DNA of 64,000 nt from Salpingoeca rosetta (Eukaryota; Protista; Choanoflagellata). This document shows, piece by piece, positions 1-22,981 of the stretch (positions are counted from its first letter, which is position 1; each line of letters opens with the position of its first letter). The notes under the pieces are model-generated. The model was given only the letters and a program-made list of their open reading frames with translations. It was not told the origin of the DNA and searched no databases. The stretch is taken from the NCBI GenBank assembly GCA_033442325.1, contig JAWQFM010000035.1:653096-717095 (forward strand), read 5' to 3'. The position numbers and the translations under genes were made by a program.

Positions 1-149
1 ACGCACACACACACACGCACACACACATACGCACACACACATACGCACACAGACACACACAGACACACACATACGCACACACACACACACAGACACAGGC
101 GTAGAAGCACACCGGTTCCCATCTCCTTCTTGTTCTGTTGTACACGTAC

Positions 150-365
150 CACGAAAGGCATGAGGAAGCCATACCAGATACGAGTTGCACCCTTGGGGTT
201 CTCTCGCATGTACTTGAGCATGTAACGAACGACGGCGGCATCGGTCGGATGAGCAGCGATGGTGCTGAAGGATACACAGCGGGAGGCATATGGGGAGCAA
301 GGCCAACGGCCCATCACAACAAACGTGAGTTGCCAGTTGGAACACGCCACAAGCAGCGATCGCAA

Positions 366-451
<86 letters not shown>

Positions 452-573
452 CNNNNNNNNNNNNNNNNNNNNNNNNNNNNNNNNNNNNNNNNNNNNNNNN
501 NNNNNNNNNNNNNNNNNNNNNNNNNNNNNNNNNNNNNNNNNNNNNNNNNNNNGACGACGACGACGACGACGAC

Positions 574-644
<71 letters not shown>

Positions 645-880
645 CCCCACTGAAATGTGATAGACATCAGATGCAAGCAACGGCCATTGCACACAGGCAG
701 AGCAAACACGACAACAGGGGCGATGGCTGGGCGCTCGTACCCAGAAGGGAAGCTGAAGGGGGCGCCACTGAGCTGTTCCAGCGCAGAGACAAACTTCCAC
801 AGCTTCACCGCCTTCCGCACCACCCACACCACCAGCAAGGCCACCAGGCCGCTCACAAGCCATCCAGTGCTGCCTGTCAT
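150..880 (-). CDS. Cytochrome P450 (CYP4-clan-like), paralog A; 5' part only, gene continues off the left edge
   Basis: Exon 1 880-741 (MTGSTGWLVSGLVALLVVWVVRKAVKLWKF...FPSG, a signal-anchor). Exon 2 264-150 (TIAAHPTDAAVVRYMLKYMRENPKGATRIWYGFLMPFV). Both align with the matching exons of the neighbouring P450s, with GT/AG boundaries and the same phase. Confidence 0.8.
453..552. other. Assembly gap (100 N)
   Basis: N run. Confidence 1.
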
Positions 881-974
881 CGCTGCTGTTGTTGGCGATC
901 GAGGAAGGAAGGACAGCAGAAGCAGTGGAAAATCATCGCGAGTCATCCAAAATCATCACACGCAAAACGCAAAC

Positions 975-1030
<56 letters not shown>

Positions 1031-1499
1031 CGTCACAATGCCGTGCCACACCACGCATCACACGTCGCGTCTTTCACATCACTCGCATCGCAACCCTTTT
1101 GTTGAGTGGCGGTTGTTGTTTATGGTGTGTGTGCGTGTGTGTGTTGAGCGAGAAAGGGGTTAGGAAGGGCTAAAGAGGTGATGTGCAGGCGACACAAGGC
1201 AACGAAACCAAAACGGGGAGAGGAGGGGGGGACCTTAAGCTACGGAAAACGCAAGCGAGGGGGGTGCTGTGAAGGAAGGGTGATGGCAAGAAACGGGGTG
1301 GAAGCAACAGAAGCCAACGAAAGAGATGGAGTGGTGGTGGGCGGAGTTGGGTAGAGGTGGGAAAGGAGAGAGGAAAGCCTTGTTTGTTTGCTGGCTTGTT
1401 GAGATCTAAGCTGAATGGTGCATATGGCGTTGCTCTGTGTGTGTGTGTGTGCACGTAGGAGAGGGCATTGTGGGACGGGGAATGTTGCGCCACATCCGC

Positions 1500-2679
1500 C
1501 TAGTTGTCTTCGTGCAGTTTCTGCAAACAACACAAAAGGATGTCAGAAATGAGCCGAAGCAACGTGGGGACACGGGCACGAGTGCAACACGCACACGTCG
1601 GCAGCAGCTGGGAGATGGTTCAACCGGGTCCCGTACGTGTGCATGTGTGCATGTGTGCCTGCATGTGTGCATGTGTGTCTGCATGTGTGTTCGTGTGTCT
1701 GCATGTGTGCATGTGTGTGTGTCTGCATGTGCACAACATGCGTGCGTGCAACATGCGTGCATCGCTGACCTGTATCCGGACTTTCACGCCGTTCTGGCTG
1801 CGCAGCACAAGCACAGACTCAAGGAGGGGCTCGTACTGGTGTAGCGAGACGCGCGCGGGTGGGGAGGGTTGATGATATGTGTGTGTGTGGGGGGGGGGGG
1901 AAGGGAGGGGGGTGAGGTGGAGCAAGGGTGAGGGATACATGTGGAGGGACAGGAAAACCGTGGTGGTGGTGGTGGTGTACAGGACGCAGCCAGCCAGATG
2001 GGCGCACCCACAGAGACAGACAGACAGACAGACAGACAAGTAGATACGCAGACAGACAGAGACACACAACAAACAAACAAACAAACAGCCAAGCGAGCGA
2101 GCTTGGGCTTACGTCGACGGGAAGGAACTTGAACTTGCGCAGGAGCTGGCACATGACAACGCGAATCTCGTTCATGGCAAAGTTGTTGCCAATGCAGTTG
2201 CGGCTGCCAACAGAGAACGGGAAATAGGCGTAAATGTCCGGACGCGTTTCCAGGAACCTGAAAAAGCAAACAAACAAACACACACAAACAAACACACACA
2301 CACACAAGGCGGCACGGAGCATGAGGATGACGGTGAGTAAGATGTCGTGGATGTTGTGGATGGTGGAAGTGCAATCATGACATGGATGTGTGTATGTGTG
2401 CACGAGCACGATTGAGTGCATGCTCTCACCGCTCTGGGTTGTATGTGTCTGGGTCCTCCCATGTATCAGGGTTGCGGTGGGAGGCGAAGCTGCTGCAGCC
2501 AACTGCAAAGCGGTAACGCGCGTCATGTGGCGTGACCGACGTAGGTGGACCATTGATGTGGATTGATGTGGATTGATGTGGATTGATGTGGATTGATGTG
2601 GTTGCAGCAAGGCGATGGGTGATTGACGGGAAAGGAAAACGAACGAGGAACGGTACAAAAAGAAGCGCGCACGCACACG

Positions 2680-2748
<69 letters not shown>

Positions 2749-3698
2749 ACACGCAAACACACGCACACATACCCATCATCAGCATCACTACCACGACCTT
2801 CATCAGCACGTACCTGAAGTGCCTGGCTGGAGGACAACGCCGCACTGGAGTTCGAGGGGCTGGTCGAGCACGCGGCCCGTGCCGAGCACTGGCGGGTACA
2901 GCCGCATCGACTGCGCAGCCGTGACAACGGTGGCGGCGGTCGTGGAGTGAGGTAGGAGGGAGGAGAGCACAATCCAAAGCAAAGCAAAGCAAAACAAACA
3001 CACACACGCACACACACGCACACGCACAAGAGAGAGGTAGAGATAACACAATGCCATGCGATGTATGTGTGTGTGTGTGTGTGCGCGCGAACCTCCTTGA
3101 TGCAGGCGGTGGTGAACTTGAGCTCGTTGATGCGGTCAAAGTCTGGGTGCTCGTCACCAAACGCTTCAATAATCTCTTGCCGGCACTGATTTACGATGAT
3201 GATGGTGCAAAGAAGGAGGGAGGGGGCGTGAGACCAGAGGAGTGAGGTGAGCCTCACTTTGAAGCACTTGTCCAAATGGGAAACACGTACATATGTACAC
3301 ACCACCATACACAGATGCACACGAACGACTACACATGAACTCACCCTCTCCTGGTACTCTGGGTGCTTTGAGAGGTTGTAGGTGAGCCAGCTGAGGGCGG
3401 TGGACGTGGTGTCGTGGCCTGCGAAGAGAAACGTGTCGCACTGGCTGCGAATCTCTTCGTCCGTCAGTGCTGGGTTGCCGTCCTTGTCGCGCGAGAGGAG
3501 ACAAATGTCCAGGAAGTCGAACAGCGCACGCCCAGAGGGGCTGGTAGCGTTGATTGTAGATTGAGAGGGGGAGCCAGTGAGTGCGTGTTCAGTGCGAGTG
3601 TTCGTACGGGTGTTCGTGCGAGTGTTCGTGCAAGCGAGGGCGAGTGAGCGTTCACGCAGAACGTGAAAGGAAGAAAGACAAGGCAGCTGCATGATCGA

Positions 3699-3777
<79 letters not shown>

Positions 3778-4681
3778 CACCGCTTGTCGCGTGCGACGTC
3801 CTCGATGCTGACGCCCTTGAGCTCCTCCTTACGGCGCGCAATAATCTGGCGGCCACACGCAGCAGGCACGCGGGCAGAGTTGCGAGAGTAGTAGCGATGA
3901 ACGTTAGGTGCGACAATGGCAGCATACGGGCGGACGATCAGAAAAACATACACGCACACATACACACAGAAGCACGTACATACATACATACAGACACACA
4001 GAAGCACGCACAGAAGCACACATAGACACACAGAAGCACACATACAGAAATCAAGCATGTACAGTGCCTGCAAGCAAGCAACCGTGCATGTTAGTTATAC
4101 GTGTAGCGCACCTCGTTTGCCTTTCCGTGGACGTAGTCGAGGACGGCCTGGAACTCGCGGCCCTCATCAGAGCGCTCGTAAATCGTGTCAAACAGGTATT
4201 TCGGCGTGCGCACGCGCTGCAGTGTTGTGTGTGTGTGTGTTGTGTGTGTGTGTGTTGTGTGTGTGTGTGTGTTTTGTGCGTGTGTGGATGAGCCAACAGG
4301 CATCGAGAGCGGAGGGACAAAGGGGTGTGTGTCGTGTCGACGACGAGTAGAGATACAGAGATAATGCTGCAAGTAATGGGGCACTAACACGTGCACAAAA
4401 GACGAGCACAGCGAGCGCAGACCTTGGTGATGAAGTTTGCAATCTCGCCAATGGCAGTGGCATACTTCTCCTTGGGGTTGGTCTGGCACCCGCTCTCGTA
4501 GCTGATTCGTGGTGGTGGTTGTTGGGGGTGGAGGCGTATGTTGAGGTGTGGTGAGGTGACACATGGGAGATAATGTGACACAGGCGGACACAAGAACAGA
4601 CAGACAGACAGACACACACACGCACACGCACGAATGTACCTATTCACACACACGCACACGCACACGCACACACACACGCAT

Positions 4682-4726
<45 letters not shown>

Positions 4727-5645
4727 CACACACACACACACGTATGCACGCACCCGAAAGCGCATCTGCAGATGGCGTCGAGAGTGAGGAGGCAAAAGTC
4801 TGGGAAGACGTCCACCTCCTTGTCTGGGGTGGCGGCGTAGCGGTTGAACTTGGTCACAAGCTCCTCCGTCGCCTCCACAATCACCTGCACCCACAGCCAA
4901 CACACGTGCAATTACACATGCACAGGTATACACAATCGTGTGAGGAGAGTGCACGCGCATCTTGTGTCGTCATGTCGTGTGCGCCAGCACTTCTTGGTTC
5001 GTGCACGTGAGTACATGCGTGTGTGTGTGTGTGTGTGTGCGCACGTGTGCGTGTGTGCACGTGTGTGTGCGCGTGTGTGTGTGCGTGTGTGCTCACCGTG
5101 GAGTAGTTCTTGAGGAGGACGCGGTGGAATGCCGGGTTGAGGAGATGGCGCATTGTCCGCCACTCCTCGCCCTCCTGCCGGGCACATGCAGCCACACACC
5201 GCGGAAATGCGTAGAGTGAGCACACATATGGCACGCAAGCATCGCAAGCGGTGCGGAGAGACAGGCAAAGGGACAATGGAGGAAGAAACAGGTCGAGAAA
5301 TTTACACAACAGAGGGAAGCACAAGGCACGTAAATCTTCGTTCAAATAGAGACACGGACACATCCACAGACACACAAGCACAGACAGACACAGGCACAAA
5401 CAGACAGACGCACGAGGAGGAGGAGGGACTTCTGGCCGAGCCAGGGGCGGACGAAGCGGTAGAGCATCTGGGTCTTGGGGGAGTTGCGAGTAATGACCTT
5501 CTTCACATCAGCAGGCTGGTAGACAACCTGCTCCGAGACAAGCACCACCATGGCTTTGTGTAAGGAGCGAGCAGAGGAGACGGTGCAGGGGATCTCAAGC
5601 GTAGGCAGTCAAGGAAAATGTGCATGTACACAACAGCACATGCAG

Positions 5646-5686
<41 letters not shown>

Positions 5687-5839
5687 TACAATGCAAACAG
5701 GGACAGCATGCAGCTCCAGCGCACCACATGGGGCATCAGCACGGTGTGCCAGAAACGGATGGCCCCGCCTCGGTTCTCGCGGCTGTACTTGAGAATGTAC
5801 TTGAGGGATGCAGCGTTGTTCGGGTGCTCCTTCATTGTC
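1500..5839 (-). CDS. Cytochrome P450 (CYP4-clan-like), paralog B; multi-exon, no own signal-anchor exon found
   Basis: Spliced exons give WRTMRHLLNPAFH (C-helix), FLFAGHDTTSTAL (I-helix), CIKE|SMR (ExxR), DPDTYNPER|F and FSVGSRNCIG (heme Cys, ~2190-2220). Probable last exon 1520-1500 (KLHEDN*). The 5'-most identifiable exon starts at the acceptor at 5839 (G-TMKEHPNN...). Confidence 0.88.
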
Positions 5840-5936
5840 CTGTGAAGATGAGTGAGGGTGTGTATGTACAGGTGTGTGAAGGTGTGTGAAGGTGTGCATG
5901 CGTTTGGAGATCACTTGCATGCAACGCGAAGAATAC

Positions 5937-6022
<86 letters not shown>

Positions 6023-6354
6023 CAAAAGCACAAATGCAAACAGGCTTTCAGTTTGTCGTTGAACAGGCACACTGATCATGCACGTGGTGTAACAGGTGTG
6101 CCAAACACAACAGCACAAACAGCGAGGCTTTTGGTTTGCTTGCTTCATTGATCCTCATGGCTGACGGCCTTTGGTGTTGGTCAAGAGGAAACACAGGGAG
6201 GATGGAATACGAGCAATGGCATGAGGAGGAGGGCGGGATGAGCACGGGAAGTCACACAAACATGGGCTGGAGACGCAGCATGGCGAACAACAGGCCAGCA
6301 CCCACGCATGTGTACATCAGAAACAAAGAGACAGACTCATAGACAGCCAGGCAG

Positions 6355-6396
<42 letters not shown>

Positions 6397-6974
6397 CACA
6401 TGATGTGCAGGGACCAACCTGGATTTTGACCTTGACGCCATTCATGCTGCGGAGCGTAATTGCCGATCCCATGCGGGGTTCGTGCTGGCAGTGGTAGCAG
6501 CATGACATGTGCAAAGCAAACGCAAACATGTGTTCAGGAACGGGATTTGCACGCGTTCTGGCGCGTGCGTATTCAATCCGTCTTCACCTGATGCGCGCAC
6601 ACACATACATACATACACACACACACATACACTGACACACTTACACACGTACATATACACGCAACCACACACATACACACTTGCACACTTACACACGTAC
6701 ATGTACACACACACACACACACACATACACACACATACACACACACGGCATACATACACGGCATACCCCGGCGTCGACAAATTTGAACTGCCTCAGGAGT
6801 TAGCACATGACGACCTTGATTTCGTTCATGGCAAAGTTGCTGCCAATGCAGTTGCGCGGGCCGAGCGAAAACGGCATGTACGAGTACTGGTCTACGCGTT
6901 TGTTGAGGAACCTTGAAGCGAGAACAGGGGGGTCGGGCACATGCGTGTGATTACGAGTGCATGAGAGATAGTGT

Positions 6975-7260
6975 GTGAATGTGTTTGTTTGTGTGGGTGT
7001 GGGTATGTGTTTGTTTGTGTGGGTGTGGGTATGTGTATGTTTGTGTGGGTGTGGGTATGTGTTTGTTTGTGTGGGTGTGGGTATGTGTTTGTTTGTGTGG
7101 GTGTGGGTATGTGTATGTTTGTGTGGGGTTGTGTGAATGTGTTTGTTTGTGTGGGTGTGGGTATGTGTATGTTTGTTTGTGTGGGTGTGGGTATGTGTAT
7201 GTGTGTTTGTGTGGGGTTGTGTGAATGTGTTTGTGTGGGTGTGGGTATGTGTATGTGTAT
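6975..7260. repeat. Imperfect minisatellite (GTGGGTGTGGGTATGTGT[A/T]TGTTT-type units) in a P450 intron
   Basis: About 9 visible tandem units of ~24-30 bp. Confidence 0.85.
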
Positions 7261-7681
7261 GTGTGTGTGTGTGTGTGTTTGTGTTTGCGTGTGGAGGAAG
7301 GTAGCACGCGACGATGCCATCTGACTGTGGGCGTGAACGTGTGCAATCAAGCAGTCATCAAGCAGGGGCATTCGACATGCTCGTGCCGAGCACGAAAACG
7401 TGCAAAGAACCGCACCTCTCTGGCCTGAATGTCTCTGGGTCGTTCCAGACCGTGGGGTTGTGGTGCAGCATGTAGATGTTCATGTCCACTGACGCAACAG
7501 TCGGTGGCGGCATGTGCGTGTGCACATGGGTCATGAGTGGTGATGGGAGTGGTGGTGTGAGATAGACGAGGGTGATGCAAGTAAGCAGTAGCACAAGATG
7601 GGGCAGCCAGTCAGTGAAATCACACACACACACAGCCAAAACAGAGACAGACACACATAAACACACACACACACAGACACA

Positions 7682-7716
<35 letters not shown>

Positions 7717-7745
7717 GCACACACACATACACACACACACACACA

Positions 7746-7787
<42 letters not shown>

Positions 7788-8105
7788 TCACACACACACA
7801 CACACACACGGGCGCACGGCACGTGTTCGCACCGAATGTCCCCTTTGGCAAGGTCTCGCCGCACTCGAGCGTGAGCGGTTTCTCGAGGACGCGGGAGACG
7901 ACGGGCACAGGCGGGATGAGACGCATCGCCTGGCAGCGGTCATGGTTGGTAGTTGGTGATTGGTTGGTTGGTTAGTTGGTTGACTAGTTGGTTGGTGAGG
8001 AAAGGCTGCAGCAAGGTTCTAGGATGAGGGCTCGCAATTAAAGGTCGTGGTGCAGCGTGCCGGCTATGTGGTGTATCATGTGTGGTACACGCACTGGACA
8101 GGGAC

Positions 8106-8136
<31 letters not shown>

Positions 8137-8740
8137 CTCCTTGATGCATGCCATGGTGTAAGGCAGCTTGGCAAAGTCGTCGAAGCTTGGTGCATCGCTC
8201 GCCCCGAGCGCTTCAAAGATTTCCTCGCGACACTGATGGTTATGATGGTGATGATGGTGGTGACTGGAGGAAACACAATGATGGTGCACAGGCGGCAGGA
8301 GAAATTATTGCACACAGCCAGCAAACCAACCAGAGCATGCATGCATGCATGCACAAACACAAACACAAACAAACAAACAAACAAACAAACAAACAAACAA
8401 ACAAAGACACAAACAAACAAGCAAACAAAACAAAACAAAACAAACAAAACACATGTGCCTGCCCACCTTCTGTTGCTCCTGTGGGTGCTTGGCAAAGAGG
8501 TACGTGATGAAGGTGAGAGCGGTTGCGGTGGTGTCAAAGCCGGCGCCAAGGAACGTCGTGCACTGCGCCTCCAGCTCCTCTGTCGTCAGTGCTGGGTTGC
8601 CGTCTTTGTCGCGCGAGAGGAGACAAATGTCCAGGAAGTCAAACAGCGCGCGCCCGGAGGGGCTGTTGTGGTGTTGTGTGTTGTGTGTGTGTGTATGTGT
8701 GATTCCGTGAGTGAGTACAAGTGTCTATTTTGAATGTGCA

Positions 8741-8811
<71 letters not shown>

Positions 8812-9139
8812 CGTTTCCCGCGTGCGATGTCCTCGAGCGACATGCCCTGCAGCTCATCGCGTCGCTTCTCAATGATCTGAGGTGGTGACAACATGGTATT
8901 GTCGTGGCGGTGGTGATGATGATGGTGTGAAGGAAGGACGAGGAGGGAAGCACCAGCAATCCAAGGAAGGGTACAGCGCTTGCGCAAGGCACACACACAC
9001 ACACACATATGTACTTGCACCTTGCGAGCGTGGTCGTTGATGAATGCTGTCTTGCGATTGAGTTCACGACCGTGCGACGTGAGCGCATACACCCAATCAA
9101 TCATGTACACGGGGTTGCCAAGACGCTGGCCGCGGTAAG

Positions 9140-9387
<248 letters not shown>

Positions 9388-9785
9388 AATGAAGAAGAAG
9401 GTGCAGACAGAAAGTGAGTGCACGGGTACAGCTGGGGATGTGCAATGATGAATCAAGCAACCTCAGCTGCAGTGCCTCGTACAATCCAGCCCTCACCATC
9501 CTCCTACCCCCCCCCCCCTCAACTCGGCTCCAGTCCTTGTCTTACCCGTAACACTTCCTCCGCCAGCGACGAAATTGTCTTCGTGAACGGCTCATCTGCG
9601 GTGTTCTGGCACCCGCTCTCGTAGCTGCGCCGTGACAACGGCGCATGTGGGGCAGCGGAACAGGGTGGAGGATAGATGTAAGGTGGTGGTGGCGAACGAC
9701 ATGGGTGTTGAGCATTTGTAGTGGTGCCAGAATGCTGCTGTGACGCGAGCAAGCTATGCACACCCAGACACAGACACACATACAG

Positions 9786-9829
<44 letters not shown>

Positions 9830-9863
9830 GTATATATGCACACACACGCAATCAGTGACACAG

Positions 9864-9897
<34 letters not shown>

Positions 9898-10901
9898 ACA
9901 CACACACACAGACACACACACACACACACACACACACACGATACCTCCCTCCTTCCAGCAAAGCGTTCAAAGGCGTTCACATCGCACCTGAATGCGCAGC
10001 GGCAGACGGTGTCAAGTGCGAGCAAAACGAAATGCGAACTGATTTCAACAGGCTCCTCTGGACGCTCCGCAAACGTTTCAAACTTGTGCACCAGCTCATC
10101 CGTCGTCATCAGCATCGTCTGCACACGCGTGGAGAAAAACGTCAGCGCGTGCGCGTGTGTGTAAATATTGTTTGTGTGCGTATGTGCGCGTGAACGCGCG
10201 AGAATGCGTGTGTTTGTGTGAGAATGCGTGTGTTTGTGCGTGTATGTGTGTATGTGTATGCGAATGCATGCGCAAGCTGTCCCTGTTGGCCCCACACGGC
10301 CGACTGTTCACTGTGATCACGGTTGCCAGCGCACGGTCACGACCTGCGTGTAGTCTTTGAGCAGAGTGCGGTGGAACGCTGGATTGAGTAGTGTCCGCAT
10401 GCTCCGCCACTCTTCTCCTTCCTGCCGTGCGATGAACAATGTACGTGTGCATGTGCATGTGATTGTGAGCATGTGTGAACATGTGTGAACATGTGTGAAC
10501 ATGTGTGAACATGTGTGTTTGAGCCAGTGAACGAGAGAAGAAGTGCATGAAAAGAACTCCAACAAGATTGGGCACACACACGTAACACGGTCGAGCCTTC
10601 GTGCGTGCATTGTACACAGACAGACGCATACACATACACGCACATACAATAGACGCAAACACACACATGCACTCGCAATAAAAACACACAGGCACACAGA
10701 CACATAGACACACAGACACACAGACACACAGACACACAGACACACAGACATACGAGCACGCGCGCACCGTGAGGAGGACGGATGTGCGCCCGAGCCAGCC
10801 AAGCAGTTTGCGGATCATGGCGCCCTTGGGCGGATTGCTGGTGATGATGGCTTTGATGTCCGCTGGTCGCCGCACAGCCTGGCAGCAGCAGACATCATGG
10901 A

Positions 10902-10987
<86 letters not shown>

Positions 10988-11230
10988 CAGGGGGGCGGTG
11001 TTGGTCTATAAAGAAAAATCAAAACACGCCAAACTACATGTCATGCAGACAGACACACAGGCAGATCTTTGCTCAACTCATCCACAGGAGACAGTTGCAG
11101 ACAGACACACAGGCAGACCTGTCCCCATCAGAGACACACGGAAATCTGCACACAGGGATGCACCGTGACAAAGATGGACAGAACACACTCACACCTCACA
11201 GGCACACCCCAGCCACACCGACACATAGGC

Positions 11231-11330
11231 NNNNNNNNNNNNNNNNNNNNNNNNNNNNNNNNNNNNNNNNNNNNNNNNNNNNNNNNNNNNNNNNNNNNNN
11301 NNNNNNNNNNNNNNNNNNNNNNNNNNNNNN
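11231..11330. other. Assembly gap (100 N)
   Basis: N run. Confidence 1.
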
Positions 11331-11427
11331 CAGACAGACACAGACACGCACACGCACACACACACACACACACGACGACACACGACACACACACACACAC
11401 ACACACGACGACACACACACACACGAC

Positions 11428-11516
<89 letters not shown>

Positions 11517-11934
11517 ACACACATACTCATACTCATACCACGGTGTTGACGAAGATGCCAAAGCAGTATCGAACGGGCTTCAGTGGCTCAATCTTTGCAT
11601 ACTTGTCCGTGTATGCAAACCAGCTCTCATAGTCTGAGTGCTCTCGCGCGGTCCTGTGCACCTCAGCAATTAGAGCATGAGACAACGAATGAGTTAGTGT
11701 GAATGAAAGCATGCGTGAAAGAACACCTGTGCGTGAACGAACAGCGGCATGTGTACGCACACACGATGGATTTTCGCGTGCACCACACACACACACACGT
11801 ATATATGCGCACACACAACACACACACACACAACACACACACACACCACACACAACACACACACACACACACACACATACACAAACACACACGTACGCAC
11901 ATACATGTACGCAAACACACATACACACATGTAC

Positions 11935-11986
<52 letters not shown>

Positions 11987-12475
11987 CAATTATTTACCCA
12001 CCCACCCTGATGGAAAGAGGAGCTCGGCGCCTGTGAAGCGCTTGAGCACAGATCGAAACTTCCACCAGCTCCAAAAGGCGGCCAGAAAACGCACCACAAG
12101 CACAGCTACCACCGTCAACAGCACCAGCTTCACCTTTCCATAATCACCACCATCATCACCACCAGCACCACTGCCAACAACACGCTGCCACAGCTGCTCC
12201 CCTACAACACCGCCCGTTATCATCTTGCTTTCGTGTTTTGTTGTGCGCTCGCGACTGTCCTCCTCTCTCGCCACAGCTGCCGAAATTTCACTGCTGTCGT
12301 TGCAAACTTTCACAACCCGGATCGCTTGCTGCGGATGTGTCAGAATTCGAGCGAAACTGACCGCAGACAAGCAGGTGGTGTTGGTGTTGGTTCACATGCA
12401 GCAACACGATCAGCGACAGCAGCAGCAGCGGGAAGAGGAAGTGGAGGACAGGAAGTGACAGGAAAGGGAGCCAAG

Positions 12476-19884
<7,409 letters not shown>

Positions 19885-20368
19885 CCATTGCGACAATGGT
19901 GGTGGTGGTGGTGGTGGTGGTGGTGGTGTGTAAGTGTGATTGGTTCTCCTACTGTCGTGTGGTGCTCGCATCTGCAGTGCACACGTGCATTTTGTTTGCG
20001 TTTGCGGGTGTGATGACTTGTCCTTCTCGTCGCGCCAATGAAGCGATGGGGCAACAACGTTGTAATTCATGAGAAGAGTGAACACAAGCACACCCAAGAG
20101 CAGCGTAGGAAACAGAGAAACACACACGCACACCACGTTCACCAGCACACGACACGTGAGCAAACACGAGCGCGACGGCAACGAGGAGGTTCGACAACGA
20201 GTGCACGCAACCGTCACGGTCATCACCACCCGCACAACAGCAGCGACACAAACATCATCTCACTGAAGTGGATGGCATGAGCGGTGGGAGGGAAGCAACA
20301 CGAACAGGGCACGGGAGGAGGTGTTGGTGGAGGCATTGGGATGGGGGGGGGGGTGGTGGCATTGGGGA

Positions 20369-21867
20369 TCAGCCCTCCTTGACGAGAGCGATGAGGATGC
20401 GACGATAGTCACCGCTCGTGTCGTCCTGAGAGAGTCAATGGCACGACGTCAAGTGGCATGGCATGGTGGTGGCGGAATGGTGGTGAATGTTGGTTGCACA
20501 TTAATGCACGCATACAGACACACAGACACACACACGTACACAGACACACACAGACACACAGACACACACACGCACACACAAACAGACACGCCCCCCCCCC
20601 CCACCACCACGATCCTTCTTTGTGTGTACCTTGATCATCTTTGCGAGGCTCTTGTTGTACGTGTCGAAGAAGCGTTCCTTGATCTCCACCATGTCCACCT
20701 CGGATCGCGAAACGACAATGCGCACCAGCGTCTCGTCGTCAGTGCCGGCGCCTGCAATTGATGGTAGTGTGTCAGTGGTGGCAGGAGGGCGTGTGCGCGG
20801 AAGCAACGCACACAAGACACACAAAACACACACACACGCACAGACACACACACACACACACAGACACACGCAATGCAAGCATGCAAAGAGATATCGTATT
20901 GCAATGTATTTGTGCGTGCAGCACGGTTGTCAAGCGTGTGTGTGCGTGAGCAGGGGTAGTGTGCGTACCCTTCATGGCCTTGTAGAGGCGCTCAGCAAAG
21001 TAGTTGGGGCGGTCCTTGATGCACATCACCACGGCCTGGTATCCACGACGAACAAGAGGGGAGAGAGGGAGGGGTCGTTTGGGATGAGCGATGGGTGACA
21101 GCAGCCAGTGAACAGGATGGTTACACAAAAACAGACGAGCAAGCATGCACGCACCCAATCCAGCCAAACAAAACAAACAAAACAAACAAAACAAAGCAAA
21201 CAAAGCAAACAAAGCAAACAAAGCAAACAAACAAACAAAAGCACACCACAGCAACGTCAGCACACCAAACCAAAGCCAAACAAAACAAAACAAAACAAAA
21301 CCACGACCAAGCCAAGGCAAGCCACCATAAAATTGCGGGCGCACCTTGAAAGCGCTCTTGAGGTCACCGCTCATCTCGTGCTCGATTGAGCGGACAATGT
21401 CGTAGGACGAGATCTTGCGGTACTCCTGGAACGTGGCTCGCAGCTGCGGGTAGCTGCGCAGCGCAATGATCTGATGCAATACGCGCATTGCATGCAGGCA
21501 CGGATGTGATGGTGATGGGGGGGGGGGGTGAGTGTATGAATGGGGTTACTGTGCATGTGTGCGAGCGCGTGCATGTTCACATGTCGTCACACATCATCGC
21601 AAGTGCGTGCACAAGTGCGTGTGCGGGGGTGTGTACACACACCTGGTTGAACTTTGACTCGTCGGTGCCCCAGCGCTTCTCGCCGGCCTTGTACAGCTCC
21701 TCAGCCTCGCGCTTGGCTTTGGCCATGTCAACCTCAGCCGACTCCTCCTGGTAGTAACAACCAGTGATCATTGTGGATGAGGTGGTGATAGGGTGGCGAT
21801 GATGCGGTAAGCAACACGGGTGGTGATGTTTGTGTAAGTGGCGCAGAAACAGAAAAAAAATCACTTT

Positions 21868-21951
<84 letters not shown>

Positions 21952-22628
21952 CATCCAGACACACAGTCATCCAGGCATTTACGCACACATAGACCTCCAG
22001 ACACACATATACGCACACAAAACACAACACACACGTACACATACACACAGAACATGGTGCGCACCCTGTTGCCCTGGACGCATGAGACGAGGAGGCGCTT
22101 GAAGTGCCCGCTCGTGTCGGACACAATGTCCTTCTCAAGATCACGACCGTACACTAAGTTGCATTGAATTGGAGTGCAGAGGCGACAGGAGGGGATGGGT
22201 GCGAAGGTTAATAAGGTGAAGTTGAAGGTGATGGTGATGATGACAGTCAAATCATGTGCGGCGTGTAGTGGTGTCGATGGAAACAAATGACAGCTGCAGC
22301 GTGACCACGCGAAGGAAACCCCTGCTATATCTTGTTGTGACATCTCTCCTCCTCACATTGCTGCCCCTCCTCCCGCGCCAAATCGCCCATCGTGTTACCG
22401 CGCAACTCACGTTCTTTGTACGCGGCCTTGATGGCGTGAATCTCCTGGTTCGTGCGCGTGCAGATGACCTCAATCAGCGCCCGCTCGTCAGTGCCCATGC
22501 CCTGCCGTTGACAAGGCCGGTGATGGTGAAGTGTGGTGCAGGCATTGATGGATGGATGTGAGCTGCAAGATCACGGGTATCAAAAATACATACACACAAC
22601 ACACATGCGCACTCACAAAGACAGACAG

Positions 22629-22668
<40 letters not shown>

Positions 22669-22917
22669 AGACACGCAGACACGCACAGACACACACACAC
22701 ATAGACACACACCTTCATGGCCTTCCTGAGGCAGCGAGCGTCAAAGTGGGGGCGGTCGTAGAGAAGACCAACAAGCACGTCCTCAAAGTGCCCGCTCGTC
22801 TCGGACTTGAGATCCTTCTCAAGATCCTTGCCGTACATCGTCTGGTCGCGTTTGGAACCCGAGGGGGAGGGGGGTGGAAGTGGGTGGAGGTGATGGTGTG
22901 GAGAAATACGTCGCATG

Positions 22918-22981
<64 letters not shown>

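Noticed and set aside
6800-6802. Alternative genetic code (TAA/TAG = Gln)
   Set aside because: Other genes here end at TAA (RPB4) and TAG (GBP, L-domain genes) at expected positions, and no other in-frame TAR was seen in conserved exons.
6975-7260. CRISPR-like or regularly spaced repeat array
   Set aside because: The units are contiguous, low-complexity GT-rich minisatellite copies with no unique spacers, in a eukaryotic intron.
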